Shown here in pieces: positions 1 to 11,147 of a DNA stretch of 64,000 nt (positions within the stretch are counted from its first letter, which is position 1; the number at the start of each line of letters is the position of its first letter). Source of the stretch: an uncultured Veillonellaceae bacterium (GTDB lineage: Bacteria > Bacillota > Negativicutes > JARBTT01). The DNA is taken from the NCBI GenBank assembly GCA_963805085.1, contig CAWDTA010000001.1, positions 64,001-128,000 on the forward strand, written 5' to 3'. The notes under the pieces are model-generated. The model searched no databases. It was not told the origin of the DNA and saw only the letters and a list, made by a program, of their open reading frames with translations. The position numbers and the translations under genes were made by a program.

Positions 1-1
1 T

Positions 2-559
2 GTGATTTCAGCTTTTGCCGCAGGCGCAACTTTATCAGAAGTAACCAGTGCACTGCGCAAAGATGAAACGAAAGAAAAAATCAAAACGGTCGTTGAAAAA
101 CATCGTTTTACAGAACAATTTGAAGAGCTTCGCCATAAAGCGAAAGTGTATGAAGCTGAGCATGGAGTAAAATTAAAAATATTTTTGACGAATATGGGGC
201 CAATTCCGCAACACAAACCTCGTGCTGAGTTTAGCACAGGTTTCTTTGAAGTGGGTGGTTTTGAAGTGTTAAAAAATGATGGGTTCATGACCATGGATGA
301 AGCCGCAGAAGCCGCGCTTCAATCTGGAGCGTTAGTGGCGATTATTTGTTCTACAGATGACACTTATCCAGAGCTTGTACCACCACTGGCAAAAAAAATA
401 AAAACAGATAAACCAGAAATGATCGTTATGGTAGCTGGGGCGCCTGCACCGGAACATGAAGCTATTTATCGTGAAGCTGGGGTAGAAGAATTTATTCATG
501 TACGTGCAAACTGCTTGCATATCTTAACTTGGTTACAACAACAAGGAGGGATAAAATAA
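2..559 (+). CDS. mutA: Methylmalonyl-CoA mutase small (beta) subunit, C-terminal part (truncated by window edge)
   Basis: Degenerate B12-binding domain (ICSTDDTYP, no DxHxxG); stop overlaps the mutB start (TAATG). Confidence 0.9.
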   Translation: MISAFAAGATLSEVTSALRKDETKEKIKTVVEKHRFTEQFEELRHKAKVYEAEHGVKLKIFLTNMGPIPQHKPRAEFSTGFFEVGGFEVLKNDGFMTMDEAAEAALQSGALVAIICSTDDTYPELVPPLAKKIKTDKPEMIVMVAGAPAPEHEAIYREAGVEEFIHVRANCLHILTWLQQQGGIK

Positions 560-2748
560 TGTACTTAAAACCAGATTTCACAAAAATAGAGCTAAAGGAA
601 AAAGCAGAGCAAGAGAGTTTTGAGCAGTGGAAAGTAAGTCTTGAAGCAGCTACAGGTAAAAGTTTTACTGAGCTATACCAAAGAACAATGGAACAAATTG
701 ATTTGAAACCGCTTTATACTAAAGCAGATTTAGACGGTATGAAGCATCTACATTACATGGCAGGTATCCCACCGTTCTTACGTGGACCATATCCAAGTAT
801 GTATGTAACTCGTCCTTGGACAGTACGTCAATACGCCGGATTTTCCACGGCAGAAGAAAGTAATGCTTTCTATCGCCGCAACTTAGCAGCAGGGCAAAAA
901 GGACTTTCTATAGCCTTTGACCTTGCAACGCATCGCGGCTATGATTCTGATCATCCGCGGGTTGTCGGTGACGTAGGTAAAGCAGGCGTTGCCGTTGACT
1001 CTATTTTAGATATGGAAATTTTATTTTCTGGTATTCCTCTTGATAAAATGTCCGTATCCATGACAATGAATGGAGCAGTGCTACCTGTTCTGGCGTTTTA
1101 CATTGTAGCTGCAGAAGAGCAGGGAGTAAAACAGGAAGTATTGGCAGGTACGATTCAAAATGACATTTTAAAAGAGTTTATGGTGCGTAATACCTATATT
1201 TATCCACCAGCAGCTTCAATGAGAATCATTGGCGACATTTTCGCTTATACTTCTAAGTTTATGCCTAAATTTAACAGTATCAGTATATCGGGTTATCATA
1301 TGCAAGAAGCTGGTGCAACTGCTGATATTGAACTAGGTTATACGCTAGCGGATGGGCTCGAGTATATCAGAACAGGGGTTAATTCGGGCTTAAGTGTAGA
1401 TGCCTTTGCCCCAAGATTATCCTTCTTTTGGGCAATGGGGAAAAATTATTTTATGGAAGTTGCTAAAATGCGGGCAGGTCGCTTGTTATGGTCAAAGATT
1501 ATTAAACAGTTTAATCCGCAAAAGACAAAATCTATGGCACTGCGTACGCATTCGCAAACTTCAGGATGGAGTCTTACAGAACAAGATCCATTCAATAATA
1601 TTGTTAGAACTTGTATTGAAGCGATGGCAGCAGCGCTTGGTCATACGCAATCTTTGCATACCAATGCACTAGATGAAGCAATTGCGTTGCCAACGGACTT
1701 TTCGGCACGGATTGCTCGGAACACACAGCTTTATTTACAAGACGAAACAAAAATTTGTAAAGTAGTTGATCCGTGGGGCGGTTCTTATTATGTTGAAGCT
1801 TTAACACAAGAGTTAGTGAAGAGTGCTTGGGCGCATATTCAAGAAGTTGAAAGACTTGGCGGTATGGCAAAAGCGATTGAAACAGGCTTGCCTAAAATGA
1901 GAATTGAAGAAGCAGCAGCGCGTCGTCAGGCACATATTGATTCAGCTGATGAGATGATTGTTGGTGTCAATAAATATCGTTTAGATAAAGAAGATCCGCT
2001 TGATATTTTAGCTGTTGATAATGTAGCTGTTCGTCAAGCACAGATTCGGCGGCTAGAAAAACTTCGCGCAAATCGTGACAATGACCGTGTAGAATCTTGT
2101 TTGGAAGCGATTACGAATTCTGTTGAAACTGGTGAAGGAAATTTACTTGATTTGGCAGTAAAGGCAGCTAGAGCTAGAGCCAGCTTAGGCGAAATATCCG
2201 ATGCAGTTGAAAAGGTCGCTGGACGTCATAAAGCGGTAATTCGTTCGATTTCAGGCGTATATAGCAGTGAATTTGCTGATGAAGGTGAAATAGCTCGTGT
2301 TCGGAAACTTACGGATGAGTTTGAAGAACATGAAGGTCGTCGGCCAAGAATTATGATTGCTAAAATGGGACAAGATGGTCATGACAGAGGAGCTAAAGTT
2401 ATTGCTACGGCCTTTGCGGATTTAGGTTTTGATGTTGATATCGGGCCACTTTTTCAAACACCAGAAGAAACGGCGCAAGATGCGGTAGATAATGATGTAC
2501 ATGTAGTTGGAATGAGTTCACTTGCGGCAGGGCATAAAACATTATTGCCACAATTGATAGAAGAATTAGCCAAACGTGGTCGCGAGGATATTATGGTTGT
2601 TATTGGCGGCGTAATACCAGCGCAAGATTATGAGTTTTTGAGAGAACATGGTGCTTCAGCTATTTTTGGTCCTGGTACAATCATTCCTATTGCAGCGGGA
2701 AAAGTTTTAGAAGAATTAAAAAATCGGCTGAGCTGGGAAAATGGCTGA
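559..2748 (+). CDS. mutB: Methylmalonyl-CoA mutase large (catalytic) subunit
   Basis: [19 protein letters not shown]12 motif; RBS AGGAGG precedes ATG 559 (track start 529 is too early). Confidence 0.97.
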   Translation: MYLKPDFTKIELKEKAEQESFEQWKVSLEAATGKSFTELYQRTMEQIDLKPLYTKADLDGMKHLHYMAGIPPFLRGPYPSMYVTRPWTVRQYAGFSTAEESNAFYRRNLAAGQKGLSIAFDLATHRGYDSDHPRVVGDVGKAGVAVDSILDMEILFSGIPLDKMSVSMTMNGAVLPVLAFYIVAAEEQGVKQEVLAGTIQNDILKEFMVRNTYIYPPAASMRIIGDIFAYTSKFMPKFNSISISGYHMQEAGATADIELGYTLADGLEYIRTGVNSGLSVDAFAPRLSFFWAMGKNYFMEVAKMRAGRLLWSKIIKQFNPQKTKSMALRTHSQTSGWSLTEQDPFNNIVRTCIEAMAAALGHTQSLHTNALDEAIALPTDFSARIARNTQLYLQDETKICKVVDPWGGSYYVEALTQELVKSAWAHIQEVERLGGMAKAIETGLPKMRIEEAAARRQAHIDSADEMIVGVNKYRLDKEDPLDILAVDNVAVRQAQIRRLEKLRANRDNDRVESCLEAITNSVETGEGNLLDLAVKAARARASLGEISDAVEKVAGRHKAVIRSISGVYSSEFADEGEIARVRKLTDEFEEHEGRRPRIMIAKMGQDGHDRGAKVIATAFADLGFDVDIGPLFQTPEETAQDAVDNDVHVVGMSSLAAGHKTLLPQLIEELAKRGREDIMVVIGGVIPAQDYEFLREHGASAIFGPGTIIPIAAGKVLEELKNRLSWENG

Positions 2749-3880
2749 TCATACGTATAAGCCAGACTGGACACCAGAAGACGCGGGTGCAGAATTTGCA
2801 TGCCGCGTCATGCATGGTGTTGATGAGTGTCACGATGGGATGAAGACGTTTGCTACAACGAAAGTTAGACAGGCTGCAACGGTAGTAAAACGAAATAAAC
2901 TTACCGTCGAAGACTATGTCGCAGGTGTTTTAAACAGTGATCGTATGATTTTATCTAGGGCAATTACTTTAATTGAAAGTAATTCGCTTATGCATATGGA
3001 ATTAGCGCAGCAAGTGTTACAAAAATTACTCCCATATACAGGAAAATCGATTCGTGTCGGTATTACTGGCGTGCCTGGTGCAGGTAAAAGTACTTTTATT
3101 GAAGCGTTAGGTTGTGACTTATGTCAGGAAGGTCATAAAGTTGCAGTACTGGCAGTTGATCCTAGCAGTAGTATTACCAAAGGTAGTATTTTGGGTGATA
3201 AGACTAGAATGGAAAACCTCTCTAGAGAAAAAAATGCTTTCATCAGACCGTCACCATCTAGTGGAACTTTGGGGGGGGTGACACGAAAGAGCAGAGAAAC
3301 ATTACTGCTTTGTGAAGCGGCTGGTTATGATGTGATTTTGGTAGAAACCGTCGGCGTTGGTCAAAGTGAAATTACCGTCCGCTCTATGGTTGATTTTTTC
3401 TTATTGGTGGTATTAACTGGAGCTGGTGATGAACTACAAGGCATGAAAAAGGGTGTCATGGAAATTGCCGATGCAATCTTGATTCATAAAGCGGATGGTG
3501 ATAATAAGCAAAAGGCAGAGATGGTTAAAGTTGACTACGAACGTATTCTTCATTATTTAAGGCCCGCAACGGAAGGATGGAAGACAAAAGCACATACTTG
3601 TTCCTCGTTAACAGGCAATGGCATTACAGAAATTTGGCAGACAATCGAAAAATTCAAAGAAATGGTCAGTAAAAGCGGTGTGTTTGATTCCAGACGTAAA
3701 GCGCAAACACTAGACTGGGTATATGCAATGGTTGAAGAACATCTACATACTGTGTTTTTTCAGAATGAAAAGGTAAAACAGAATAAAAATGCGATTGAAG
3801 CTGCTGTGGCAGAGGGGAAAGTTTCTGCAACGGTTGCGATGCAGGAATTGATTGCTGCCTTCGACAGCGATAAAAAGTGA
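2741..3880 (+). CDS. meaB: MCM-associated GTPase MeaB/ArgK
   Basis: [31 protein letters not shown]; adjacent to mutAB. Confidence 0.95.
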   Translation: MADHTYKPDWTPEDAGAEFACRVMHGVDECHDGMKTFATTKVRQAATVVKRNKLTVEDYVAGVLNSDRMILSRAITLIESNSLMHMELAQQVLQKLLPYTGKSIRVGITGVPGAGKSTFIEALGCDLCQEGHKVAVLAVDPSSSITKGSILGDKTRMENLSREKNAFIRPSPSSGTLGGVTRKSRETLLLCEAAGYDVILVETVGVGQSEITVRSMVDFFLLVVLTGAGDELQGMKKGVMEIADAILIHKADGDNKQKAEMVKVDYERILHYLRPATEGWKTKAHTCSSLTGNGITEIWQTIEKFKEMVSKSGVFDSRRKAQTLDWVYAMVEEHLHTVFFQNEKVKQNKNAIEAAVAEGKVSATVAMQELIAAFDSDKK

Positions 3881-3903
3881 TTGCCTTTACGGCAATCACT
3901 TTT
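3873..3903 (+). terminator. Intrinsic terminator after meaB
   Basis: aaaagtgattgcc-tttac-ggcaatcactttt perfect stem. Confidence 0.7.
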
Positions 3904-3993
3904 GGAGTTTTTAATATCATGAATCTTTAAGAAAATGATTTAGTGAAAAATTGAAATAAACAGCAATAATTTTTATGAAAGTATGGTAAATCT

Positions 3994-4938
3994 ATGAGGA
4001 ATAGCATTTTTGTTTTGATGTTTATGTTGCTTATCATGCTGCTTAGTGGTTGTAGTGAGTCTAATGCAGTAAAAGCATCAACACAATTACATGAGATTAC
4101 GGATACTGTAGGAACTGTTATCAAAGTACCCATAAAACCACAGCGTATTGTATCGCTAAATTTGGGCACAGATGAAATCTTAATCGATTTAGTTAAGCCA
4201 GAAAGAATTGTTGCATTATCATATTTGGTAGAAGATGAAGGGATCTCTTCTATTGTTGATAAAGCGAAAAAAGTAAATAAGAAATTAACAGACAAGGGCA
4301 ATGTCGAAGCAATCATTGCTTTAAATCCAGATATAGTATTAATGTCAGATGCTGTTTCGGCAGACGTTGGTAACACACTACGTGAAATGGGGATTAACGT
4401 TTATATTTCTAAAACACCAGCAACGATAGAAGAGACAAAAGCACGGGTGTTAGATGTTGCAAAAGTTGTTGATGAAGTAGAAAAAGGGCAAGCTCTGGTT
4501 GCTGATATGGAAAGTGCATTGGCTGAGGTCAATAAAAAATTAGCAAGTATCAGTAATGATAAGAAAAGAACAATTATTGCCTTTTCTTTTTCCGGTGCAT
4601 TTGGTCGAAAAACTGCATTGTTCAATGATATGTGTGTACAGGCCAAAGTAGTCAATGGCGCAGGCGAAGCAGGGCTTGAAAAAGGCGAAATATTATCAAA
4701 AGAGCAAATCGTTAAAATCAATCCAGATATATTTTTATTGCCTACTTGGAATACGAAAAAACAAAGTGCTGATAGTTATCGTGAAGAAATCCGCTCCGAT
4801 CCTGCCTATCAAAATGTAAAGGCGATTAAAAATAATCAGTTAATCTATGTATCAGATCGTTATCGTTATTGTGTATCCCAGTATGTAACGGATAGTGTGC
4901 AGCAGATTGCCAAGGCTGTATATCCAGAGTATTTTTAA
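3994..4938 (+). CDS. ABC substrate-binding lipoprotein, BtuF/FecB family
   Basis: Lipobox LSGC, PQRIVSL..GTDEIL, EAIIALNPD, KAIKNNQ. Confidence 0.85.
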   Translation: MRNSIFVLMFMLLIMLLSGCSESNAVKASTQLHEITDTVGTVIKVPIKPQRIVSLNLGTDEILIDLVKPERIVALSYLVEDEGISSIVDKAKKVNKKLTDKGNVEAIIALNPDIVLMSDAVSADVGNTLREMGINVYISKTPATIEETKARVLDVAKVVDEVEKGQALVADMESALAEVNKKLASISNDKKRTIIAFSFSGAFGRKTALFNDMCVQAKVVNGAGEAGLEKGEILSKEQIVKINPDIFLLPTWNTKKQSADSYREEIRSDPAYQNVKAIKNNQLIYVSDRYRYCVSQYVTDSVQQIAKAVYPEYF

Positions 4939-4990
4939 ATAATTTTAAATTGATAAAAGTAAAACTTATATTTTGAGGAGGCTTTTATTT

Positions 4991-6949
4991 GTGTGTAAAA
5001 TGAGTAATAAAAAAGTTCTATTAAGTGCAATGATTTGTAGTGCGTTGGTGTTGAGTACATCCTATATAGCACAGGCAAATGCAAGTCAAGAAGACGATAC
5101 AGCGTTTGATACAGTCGTAGTTACAGCAAACCGTATACCAACAAAGCTATCAGAAACCGCTGCGAATGTAACTGTGATTATGGCAGAAGAGATTGCAAAT
5201 CATCATTATAGTGATGTAGCAGAAGTATTACGGCATGTGAATGGGGTAGTGGTAACAGAAGCAGCAATGACGAGACAAGATATTGTAAGAATTGACGGCG
5301 ATGATCGTGTGATTATTATGATAGATGGTCGACGGATGAATATGGATAAAGGTGCTGCAACAGGTAGAGCGGGTATTGATTTAAAAACAATAGCAAGTAT
5401 GACCAATGTTGAAAGAATCGAAATTGTAAAAGGTGCAGGTTCTGTATTATATGGTTCTGATGCTGTTGGTGGTGTAATCAATATCATCACCAAAAAAGGC
5501 AAGGGTAAAGCTTCATCTACGCTTGATGTAAGTGCTGGATCATGGGGCACAAGTAAAGTTGATTTGACTACACAAGGCAGTGAAAATGACTGGAGTTGGT
5601 TTGTTACTGCTGGATCGCAAAATCAGGATTATATGAAGTATAAGAATTACAAAAATAATTCGACAGAAAAAATGGATAATAGTGATTATACAAAGGAAAA
5701 TGCAACCTTTCGTTTGGATAAAAAAATTGATGAGAAAAGTTCTTTAACCTTTAACTATGAACATATGATAGATGAATCAGGACAATGGTATCAAGCTCTA
5801 GGATATACAGGTTACTATGGAGTATCTAACCACTATTTAAATGATCGTATGACAAAATTGGCAAACAATTGGGCATTATCTTACAATTATAAAGAGGATA
5901 GAAACTTGCCGAGTCATATTCGGTATTATAATAATTATACGACACAAGGCTTTAACGATGTAGATGGTGGTAGTGGTTATGCGCATTATACGAATAAAAT
6001 GCAAGGCGTTGACTGGCAAGAAGCTTGGCAAGTAGATGAAAAAAATAAAATTGTGGCTGGTACGGAATGGCGAGAAACCGAAGTTGACAATGATGCTATA
6101 CATGGAGGTAACTATGTAAATAAGAAGCTCGGAAATAAAGCCGTTTTTATTGAAGATACAATACAAATTGATGATAAATTATCGTTTGTTCCAGGCGTTC
6201 GTCATGATGAGCATAGTATGTTTGGTGGTAAAACTACGTCTAAAGCGGCCTTGAATTATAAAGTAAATGATTCTTCCAATATCTATATATCATGGGGACA
6301 AATTTTTAATGCGCCGAATGCCGATGATTTGTATTGGAATGATCCAGCTTATTTTATGTATGGAAATCCAAATTTAAGACCTGAAACTGGGGATAAAACT
6401 ACCATTGGCTTTAATACAAAATTAAATGAAAAAACATCCTTGAACATGAGCATATTTAAAAGTGAAATAAAAGATGCAATTGGTTGGATCTATGATTCCA
6501 GCACGTATATTACGATGCCGCAAAATGCGAATCAGCAAACGAAAAAAGGATTTGACCTCTCGGTTAATCATAAGGTGAACGATAATTGGAGTATAGATAC
6601 TGGGTACTCTTATATCAAAACAGAAACGAAAGTAGAAAAAGATTCGTATAAATGGGATGAAAATAATAGTAGGCCAAATGGTTATCGTCTTGGTATTAAT
6701 TATAATGATGAAAAGTGGAGTAATAGCCTAATGGGAAGCGCTGGTACAGGTCGCAGTAATAGATATTACACGTCAAATTACTGGATTTGGGATGCGAATA
6801 TAAACTATAAAATGAATAGTATGATGACAGCATATTTCAAAGTTAACAACATTACGAACAAGGCTTATGAATTGACTGGATATACTAATGTTGGTGCGTA
6901 TCCAATGCCAGGACGCAGCTTCCAACTTGGCGTTAAATATACGTTCTAA
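4991..6949 (+). CDS. TonB-dependent outer-membrane receptor (BtuB-like)
   Basis: TonB box DTVVVTAN, plug VERIEIVKG..SVLYGSDAVGGVINIITK, C-terminal GVKYTF; GTG start after GAGGAGG. Confidence 0.9.
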   Translation: MCKMSNKKVLLSAMICSALVLSTSYIAQANASQEDDTAFDTVVVTANRIPTKLSETAANVTVIMAEEIANHHYSDVAEVLRHVNGVVVTEAAMTRQDIVRIDGDDRVIIMIDGRRMNMDKGAATGRAGIDLKTIASMTNVERIEIVKGAGSVLYGSDAVGGVINIITKKGKGKASSTLDVSAGSWGTSKVDLTTQGSENDWSWFVTAGSQNQDYMKYKNYKNNSTEKMDNSDYTKENATFRLDKKIDEKSSLTFNYEHMIDESGQWYQALGYTGYYGVSNHYLNDRMTKLANNWALSYNYKEDRNLPSHIRYYNNYTTQGFNDVDGGSGYAHYTNKMQGVDWQEAWQVDEKNKIVAGTEWRETEVDNDAIHGGNYVNKKLGNKAVFIEDTIQIDDKLSFVPGVRHDEHSMFGGKTTSKAALNYKVNDSSNIYISWGQIFNAPNADDLYWNDPAYFMYGNPNLRPETGDKTTIGFNTKLNEKTSLNMSIFKSEIKDAIGWIYDSSTYITMPQNANQQTKKGFDLSVNHKVNDNWSIDTGYSYIKTETKVEKDSYKWDENNSRPNGYRLGINYNDEKWSNSLMGSAGTGRSNRYYTSNYWIWDANINYKMNSMMTAYFKVNNITNKAYELTGYTNVGAYPMPGRSFQLGVKYTF

Positions 6950-7044
6950 CTTTTAGACAAGGGGATTATTATGCTTGGGGTGACTATTATCTATCCTAGG
7001 CATGGGGATATAGAGAAGTTTTTAATTGAAAGAGGATTTGTTTT

Positions 7045-8082
7045 ATGTTAAAAAAGCTAAATAATCGCACCATCTTTCTTATTTTAGTTGTTTTGTTGTT
7101 TTGTATAGTTTTTGTTTCGTTATCGTATGGGCAAATTCATATTCCAGTGCAGACTGTATTGGCAATTGTGGCTGAACAATTACATATACCGGGACTAGAA
7201 AATATCAGTGTTACCCAAGAACAAATAGCGGTTATTTGGCATATTCGTATGTCGCGCACGTTAGTGGGAATTTTAGTTGGAGCAGCATTGGCTGTAACTG
7301 GTGCTGTTATGCAAGGGGTGTTTGGTAATCCTCTAGCCGATCCTGGAATTATCGGCGTGTCAAGTGGTGCGGCATTAGGAGCAGTTCTCGCGATTGCTAC
7401 CGGATTATCGACAGTAAGTATGTTTTATATGCCGCTTTTTGCTTTAGTGGGCGCATTACTAACCGTAGCATTTACTGTTTTTTTAGCAATGCATGATAAT
7501 AAAATTTCAGTGATGACTTTGTTATTGGCAGGCGTTGCGGTAAGTATTTTTTTAGGTGCACTTACCTCTGGTATTTTGACTTTCATTAGTGAATACAAAT
7601 TGCGTGAATTCCTATTTTGGACGGTGGGGGGGCTAGATTATCGCCGCTGGGAGCATGTATTACTTGGATTTATACCAATTCTGGCAGGTGTAAGTATTTT
7701 ATGTGCAATGGCTCGCCAATTAAACATCTTAGTTTTAGGGGAAGAAGAAGCACGTGCTGTAGGTATGTCAGTAGCAAAACTTCGTTTAATTCTTCTATTT
7801 GTTGCAACTTTAACAACAGCGACAGCAGTGTGTATCAGTGGCAGTATTGGTTTTGTTGGTCTTGTTGTACCACATATTATGCGACTTATTTTAGGCCCAG
7901 AACATCGCAGCTTGCTGCCTGCTTGTGCATTAGCAGGTGGCATTTTCTTAGTAGGTTGTGATACAGTGGGAAGATTTATTATTCCACCAGCAGAGGTGCG
8001 GGTTGGTATCATGACGGCTTTAATTGGTGCGCCGTATTTCTTATATTTATTACGTCGCGCGCAAAAAGGAGGTTTGTTTTAG
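7045..8082 (+). CDS. FecCD/BtuC-family ABC permease
   Basis: GNPLADPGIIGVSSGA, LGEEEARAVG, GSIGFVGLVVPH. Confidence 0.92.
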   Translation: MLKKLNNRTIFLILVVLLFCIVFVSLSYGQIHIPVQTVLAIVAEQLHIPGLENISVTQEQIAVIWHIRMSRTLVGILVGAALAVTGAVMQGVFGNPLADPGIIGVSSGAALGAVLAIATGLSTVSMFYMPLFALVGALLTVAFTVFLAMHDNKISVMTLLLAGVAVSIFLGALTSGILTFISEYKLREFLFWTVGGLDYRRWEHVLLGFIPILAGVSILCAMARQLNILVLGEEEARAVGMSVAKLRLILLFVATLTTATAVCISGSIGFVGLVVPHIMRLILGPEHRSLLPACALAGGIFLVGCDTVGRFIIPPAEVRVGIMTALIGAPYFLYLLRRAQKGGLF

Positions 8083-9336
8083 ATGGGCAAGCACTCCGTG
8101 TTGATTGCAGAAAACGTATCGGTTACTATTGGCAAACGGAAGATTTTACATGAATTGAACTTGAAAGCCGAAAAAGGCGAATTTATCGGTATCATTGGAC
8201 CGAATGGCGCAGGGAAAAGCACCTTGCTAAAAGCTTTGCGGGGGTTAACTAAAAATACAATTGGTTCTGTAAAAATATTTGGTCGAGAAATAGCACAGTT
8301 TAGTGATAAAGAAATCGCCCGTAACATTGCCTATATGCAACAAGAGGTCAATTTAGGTTTTGGTTTTTCTTCTCTAGACGTTGTCTTAGCTGGGCGGTAT
8401 CCATATTTGTCTTGGTGGCAAAATGAACATAAGGCAGATTATGAAATTGCTCGGAAATACATGAAGTTTACAGGGGTAGAAGCTTTAGAAGAAAAGAAAG
8501 TGAATCAATTATCCGGTGGAGAGCGGCAAAGAGTGTTGCTAGCCAAAGTACTTGCGCAAGAAACACCATTACTTTATCTTGATGAACCGACAGCTAGTCT
8601 TGATTTGGCATATCAAGAAGAAATTTTTCGCTATTGCCAAAGTCTTTGTAATGAAGGGAAAACAGTGCTTATTATTGTCCATGATATTAGACTTGCTGCA
8701 AAGTTTTGTTCGCGACTCGTATTGATTGCAAATGGTACTATAATAGACGATGGTAAACCGGGAAAAGTAATTACGGCGGAGAATTTGAAAAATGCATTTG
8801 GTTTAAATGCTGCTGTGTATACAAATCAAGTCTCAGGTAAGTTAGACATCTATACTTTTTCGAAACCAGAATGTTTGCTCCAAAACAAAAAAATTCATAT
8901 GATCGGTGGCAATGGTACGAGTGGTGCGATCATTCGTAAGTTATATGAACAAAAGTGCCAATTAAGTATTGGTGTATTAGAACAAGGTGATATTGATACA
9001 GTGATTGCTAAGGCTTTTCAAGTTGAAAGTATTACTACACAGAATTTTAATCAAATGAGCGAAATGATAAAACTTGAGAATAAGCAAAAAATAGAAACGG
9101 CAGATTTTGTAGTGTTAACGAATTGTAATTATACTGAGCAAAATTACTTTAATTTAAAAATGGCTTCTTTAGCAAAAAGGCTCATTGTAATCGAAGATAC
9201 ACCAATCGAAGAACGTGATTTTACAAAAGGCAAAGCAACGGTACTTTATAAAAATTTATTACAAAAAAATAGTGTTACAGTACATAAAAGTGACACTGTG
9301 ATTGAAGAAATAAGATTAGAATTTGCAGTGAAATAG
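8083..9336 (+). CDS. FepC/BtuD-family ABC ATPase with ~150-aa C-terminal extension
   Basis: GPNGAGKST, LSGGERQ, LDEPT. Confidence 0.9.
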   Translation: MGKHSVLIAENVSVTIGKRKILHELNLKAEKGEFIGIIGPNGAGKSTLLKALRGLTKNTIGSVKIFGREIAQFSDKEIARNIAYMQQEVNLGFGFSSLDVVLAGRYPYLSWWQNEHKADYEIARKYMKFTGVEALEEKKVNQLSGGERQRVLLAKVLAQETPLLYLDEPTASLDLAYQEEIFRYCQSLCNEGKTVLIIVHDIRLAAKFCSRLVLIANGTIIDDGKPGKVITAENLKNAFGLNAAVYTNQVSGKLDIYTFSKPECLLQNKKIHMIGGNGTSGAIIRKLYEQKCQLSIGVLEQGDIDTVIAKAFQVESITTQNFNQMSEMIKLENKQKIETADFVVLTNCNYTEQNYFNLKMASLAKRLIVIEDTPIEERDFTKGKATVLYKNLLQKNSVTVHKSDTVIEEIRLEFAVK

Positions 9337-9391
9337 AAATTTTTGCTTTAAGTTATTTTGGTTATACAATGAAAGAATAGGGGGATGTTTT

Positions 9392-10018
9392 GTGGACTCA
9401 ATAGAAGAAGGTTTTCATCTGTTTAGGGCGGGCGGCCCGATCATGTATTTCATTTTATTATGTTCATTTATTGTTTTAAGCATTGGAATTGAACGTTATC
9501 TATATTATAAAAATATTAAAGCAGATAATGAAAAGTTTATGGCTGAACTTAAACCTATGATTGAAGACAGCAAATGGGAAAGCGCGAGTGAGTTGTGCCG
9601 GGAAAATGGCGGCATTGTAGCTGGGGTTGCCAGTCGAGGCATAAGCTGTTTTACCCAAAAAGTAGTGAATATAGAAAGTGTGTTAGAAGGCGAAGCGTCG
9701 TTAGCAGTAGCAAAATTGAAGGCAAATCTCAATCATTTAGATACGATTGTCACGATTGCGCCGCTACTAGGATTGTTAGGCACGGTTATTGGGATGATTG
9801 GTTCGTTTAGTGTGATGAATGTTAAAAATGGACAACCACTGGCCATTACCGGTGGTGTAGGGGAAGCACTGGTAGCGACTGCATCTGGTTTATGTGTCGC
9901 CGTATTATCTATGCTGTTTTATAGTTATTTTAATCATCGGTTAGATCATGTGATCACAGAGATTGAAGAAGTATGCATATTGCTCGTTAGGCAGATCAAA
10001 CAGGAGAAGGCATCATGA
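9392..10018 (+). CDS. exbB: MotA/TolQ/ExbB proton channel
   Basis: APLLGLLGTVIGMI, GVGEALVATA. Confidence 0.92.
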   Translation: MDSIEEGFHLFRAGGPIMYFILLCSFIVLSIGIERYLYYKNIKADNEKFMAELKPMIEDSKWESASELCRENGGIVAGVASRGISCFTQKVVNIESVLEGEASLAVAKLKANLNHLDTIVTIAPLLGLLGTVIGMIGSFSVMNVKNGQPLAITGGVGEALVATASGLCVAVLSMLFYSYFNHRLDHVITEIEEVCILLVRQIKQEKAS

Positions 10019-10425
10019 AACTTCGTAATTTAAGGACGAATCGGAGTCCTAAATTAATGATTATTCCGATGATTGACATTATCTTTTTTCTGTTGGTGTT
10101 TTTTATGATGAGTACGCTCTATATGATCGAGCAACATACTATTCCCATTCACTTGCCTTATGCGACTACACAAAAGATACAAACAGAAAGCAGTATTTCC
10201 ATTACTGTATTGCCAAGTGGAAAAATCCTATTTGAAAATGAAGAAGTAGCTTTAGCCACATTTGGACAGCGGGCAAAAATCGAATTGAGTAAAAATAAAG
10301 ACATTGCCTTTGTGCTAAGAGCAGATCAACAAACAGAATATGGCAAAGTAGTAGCCACATTAGATGAATTAAAATTAGCCGGTGTTAGTAAGATCGCCAT
10401 TGCCACAGAGCGAAAGGATCGATAG
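10015..10425 (+). CDS. exbD: Biopolymer transporter ExbD
   Basis: IPMIDIIFFLLVFFM, LRAD...YG. Confidence 0.92.
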   Translation: MKLRNLRTNRSPKLMIIPMIDIIFFLLVFFMMSTLYMIEQHTIPIHLPYATTQKIQTESSISITVLPSGKILFENEEVALATFGQRAKIELSKNKDIAFVLRADQQTEYGKVVATLDELKLAGVSKIAIATERKDR

Positions 10426-10428
10426 ACA

Positions 10429-11136
10429 ATGCTTGAAAGATTACGCTGGCAAAAAGCGACTTGTATTTCATTCTTAGCGCATGGTGTTTTTTTGCTTTTC
10501 ATTTTTTATATGACGAATTTTGTTTTTGCAGATCAAAAAAGTGAAGAGTATACAGAGGTTGTTTTGGTTAAAGATGAACAAGAATTAGAACATCCAGTAG
10601 TGAAGTCTGAACTAGAACAGCAAATGAGTGATACTTCAATGATAGGGCAGCAAAAGCAACAAGAGCAAAGTAAAGTGATAGAACCTTCATTGCAAACTGC
10701 AGATGGCACAGCGAAGGTAGCGGCGGCAATTGGTGGGGATATTGCTATACAAGCAGTAGGAACTGGTAATGGAAAGGGTTCGGCAAGCAGAGATAACGGT
10801 AGTGGGAATAATAGCGAGGGAAAGGCGGGCAATGGCACCGCCTCAGCGGTAGATCAAAGTAGCCCAGCTAAACGTATAACAGCGACAAAACCAAACTACC
10901 CTGAACGCGATAGACGGCAAAATAGAGAAGGGACAGTAACACTTGGCTTTACTGTTTTAGCTGATGGCGAAGTTAGCAATGTTGAAATTTTAAGCTCTGA
11001 TTGTAGTGAGGCTATGAATCAAGCGGCTATTCATTGTGTAGAAGAGTGGCAATATACACCAGCGCGAGATTCTACTGGACAGGCTATAGCGTATTATAAA
11101 AAAGCAAAAGTAACGTTCGATCTTGAAAATCAATAA
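10429..11136 (+). CDS. tonB: Energy transducer TonB
   Basis: N-terminal TM with SxxxH, Gly/Ser-rich linker, PNYP...EGTV TonB_C domain. Confidence 0.88.
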   Translation: MLERLRWQKATCISFLAHGVFLLFIFYMTNFVFADQKSEEYTEVVLVKDEQELEHPVVKSELEQQMSDTSMIGQQKQQEQSKVIEPSLQTADGTAKVAAAIGGDIAIQAVGTGNGKGSASRDNGSGNNSEGKAGNGTASAVDQSSPAKRITATKPNYPERDRRQNREGTVTLGFTVLADGEVSNVEILSSDCSEAMNQAAIHCVEEWQYTPARDSTGQAIAYYKKAKVTFDLENQ

Positions 11137-11147
11137 ATTAGATTAGG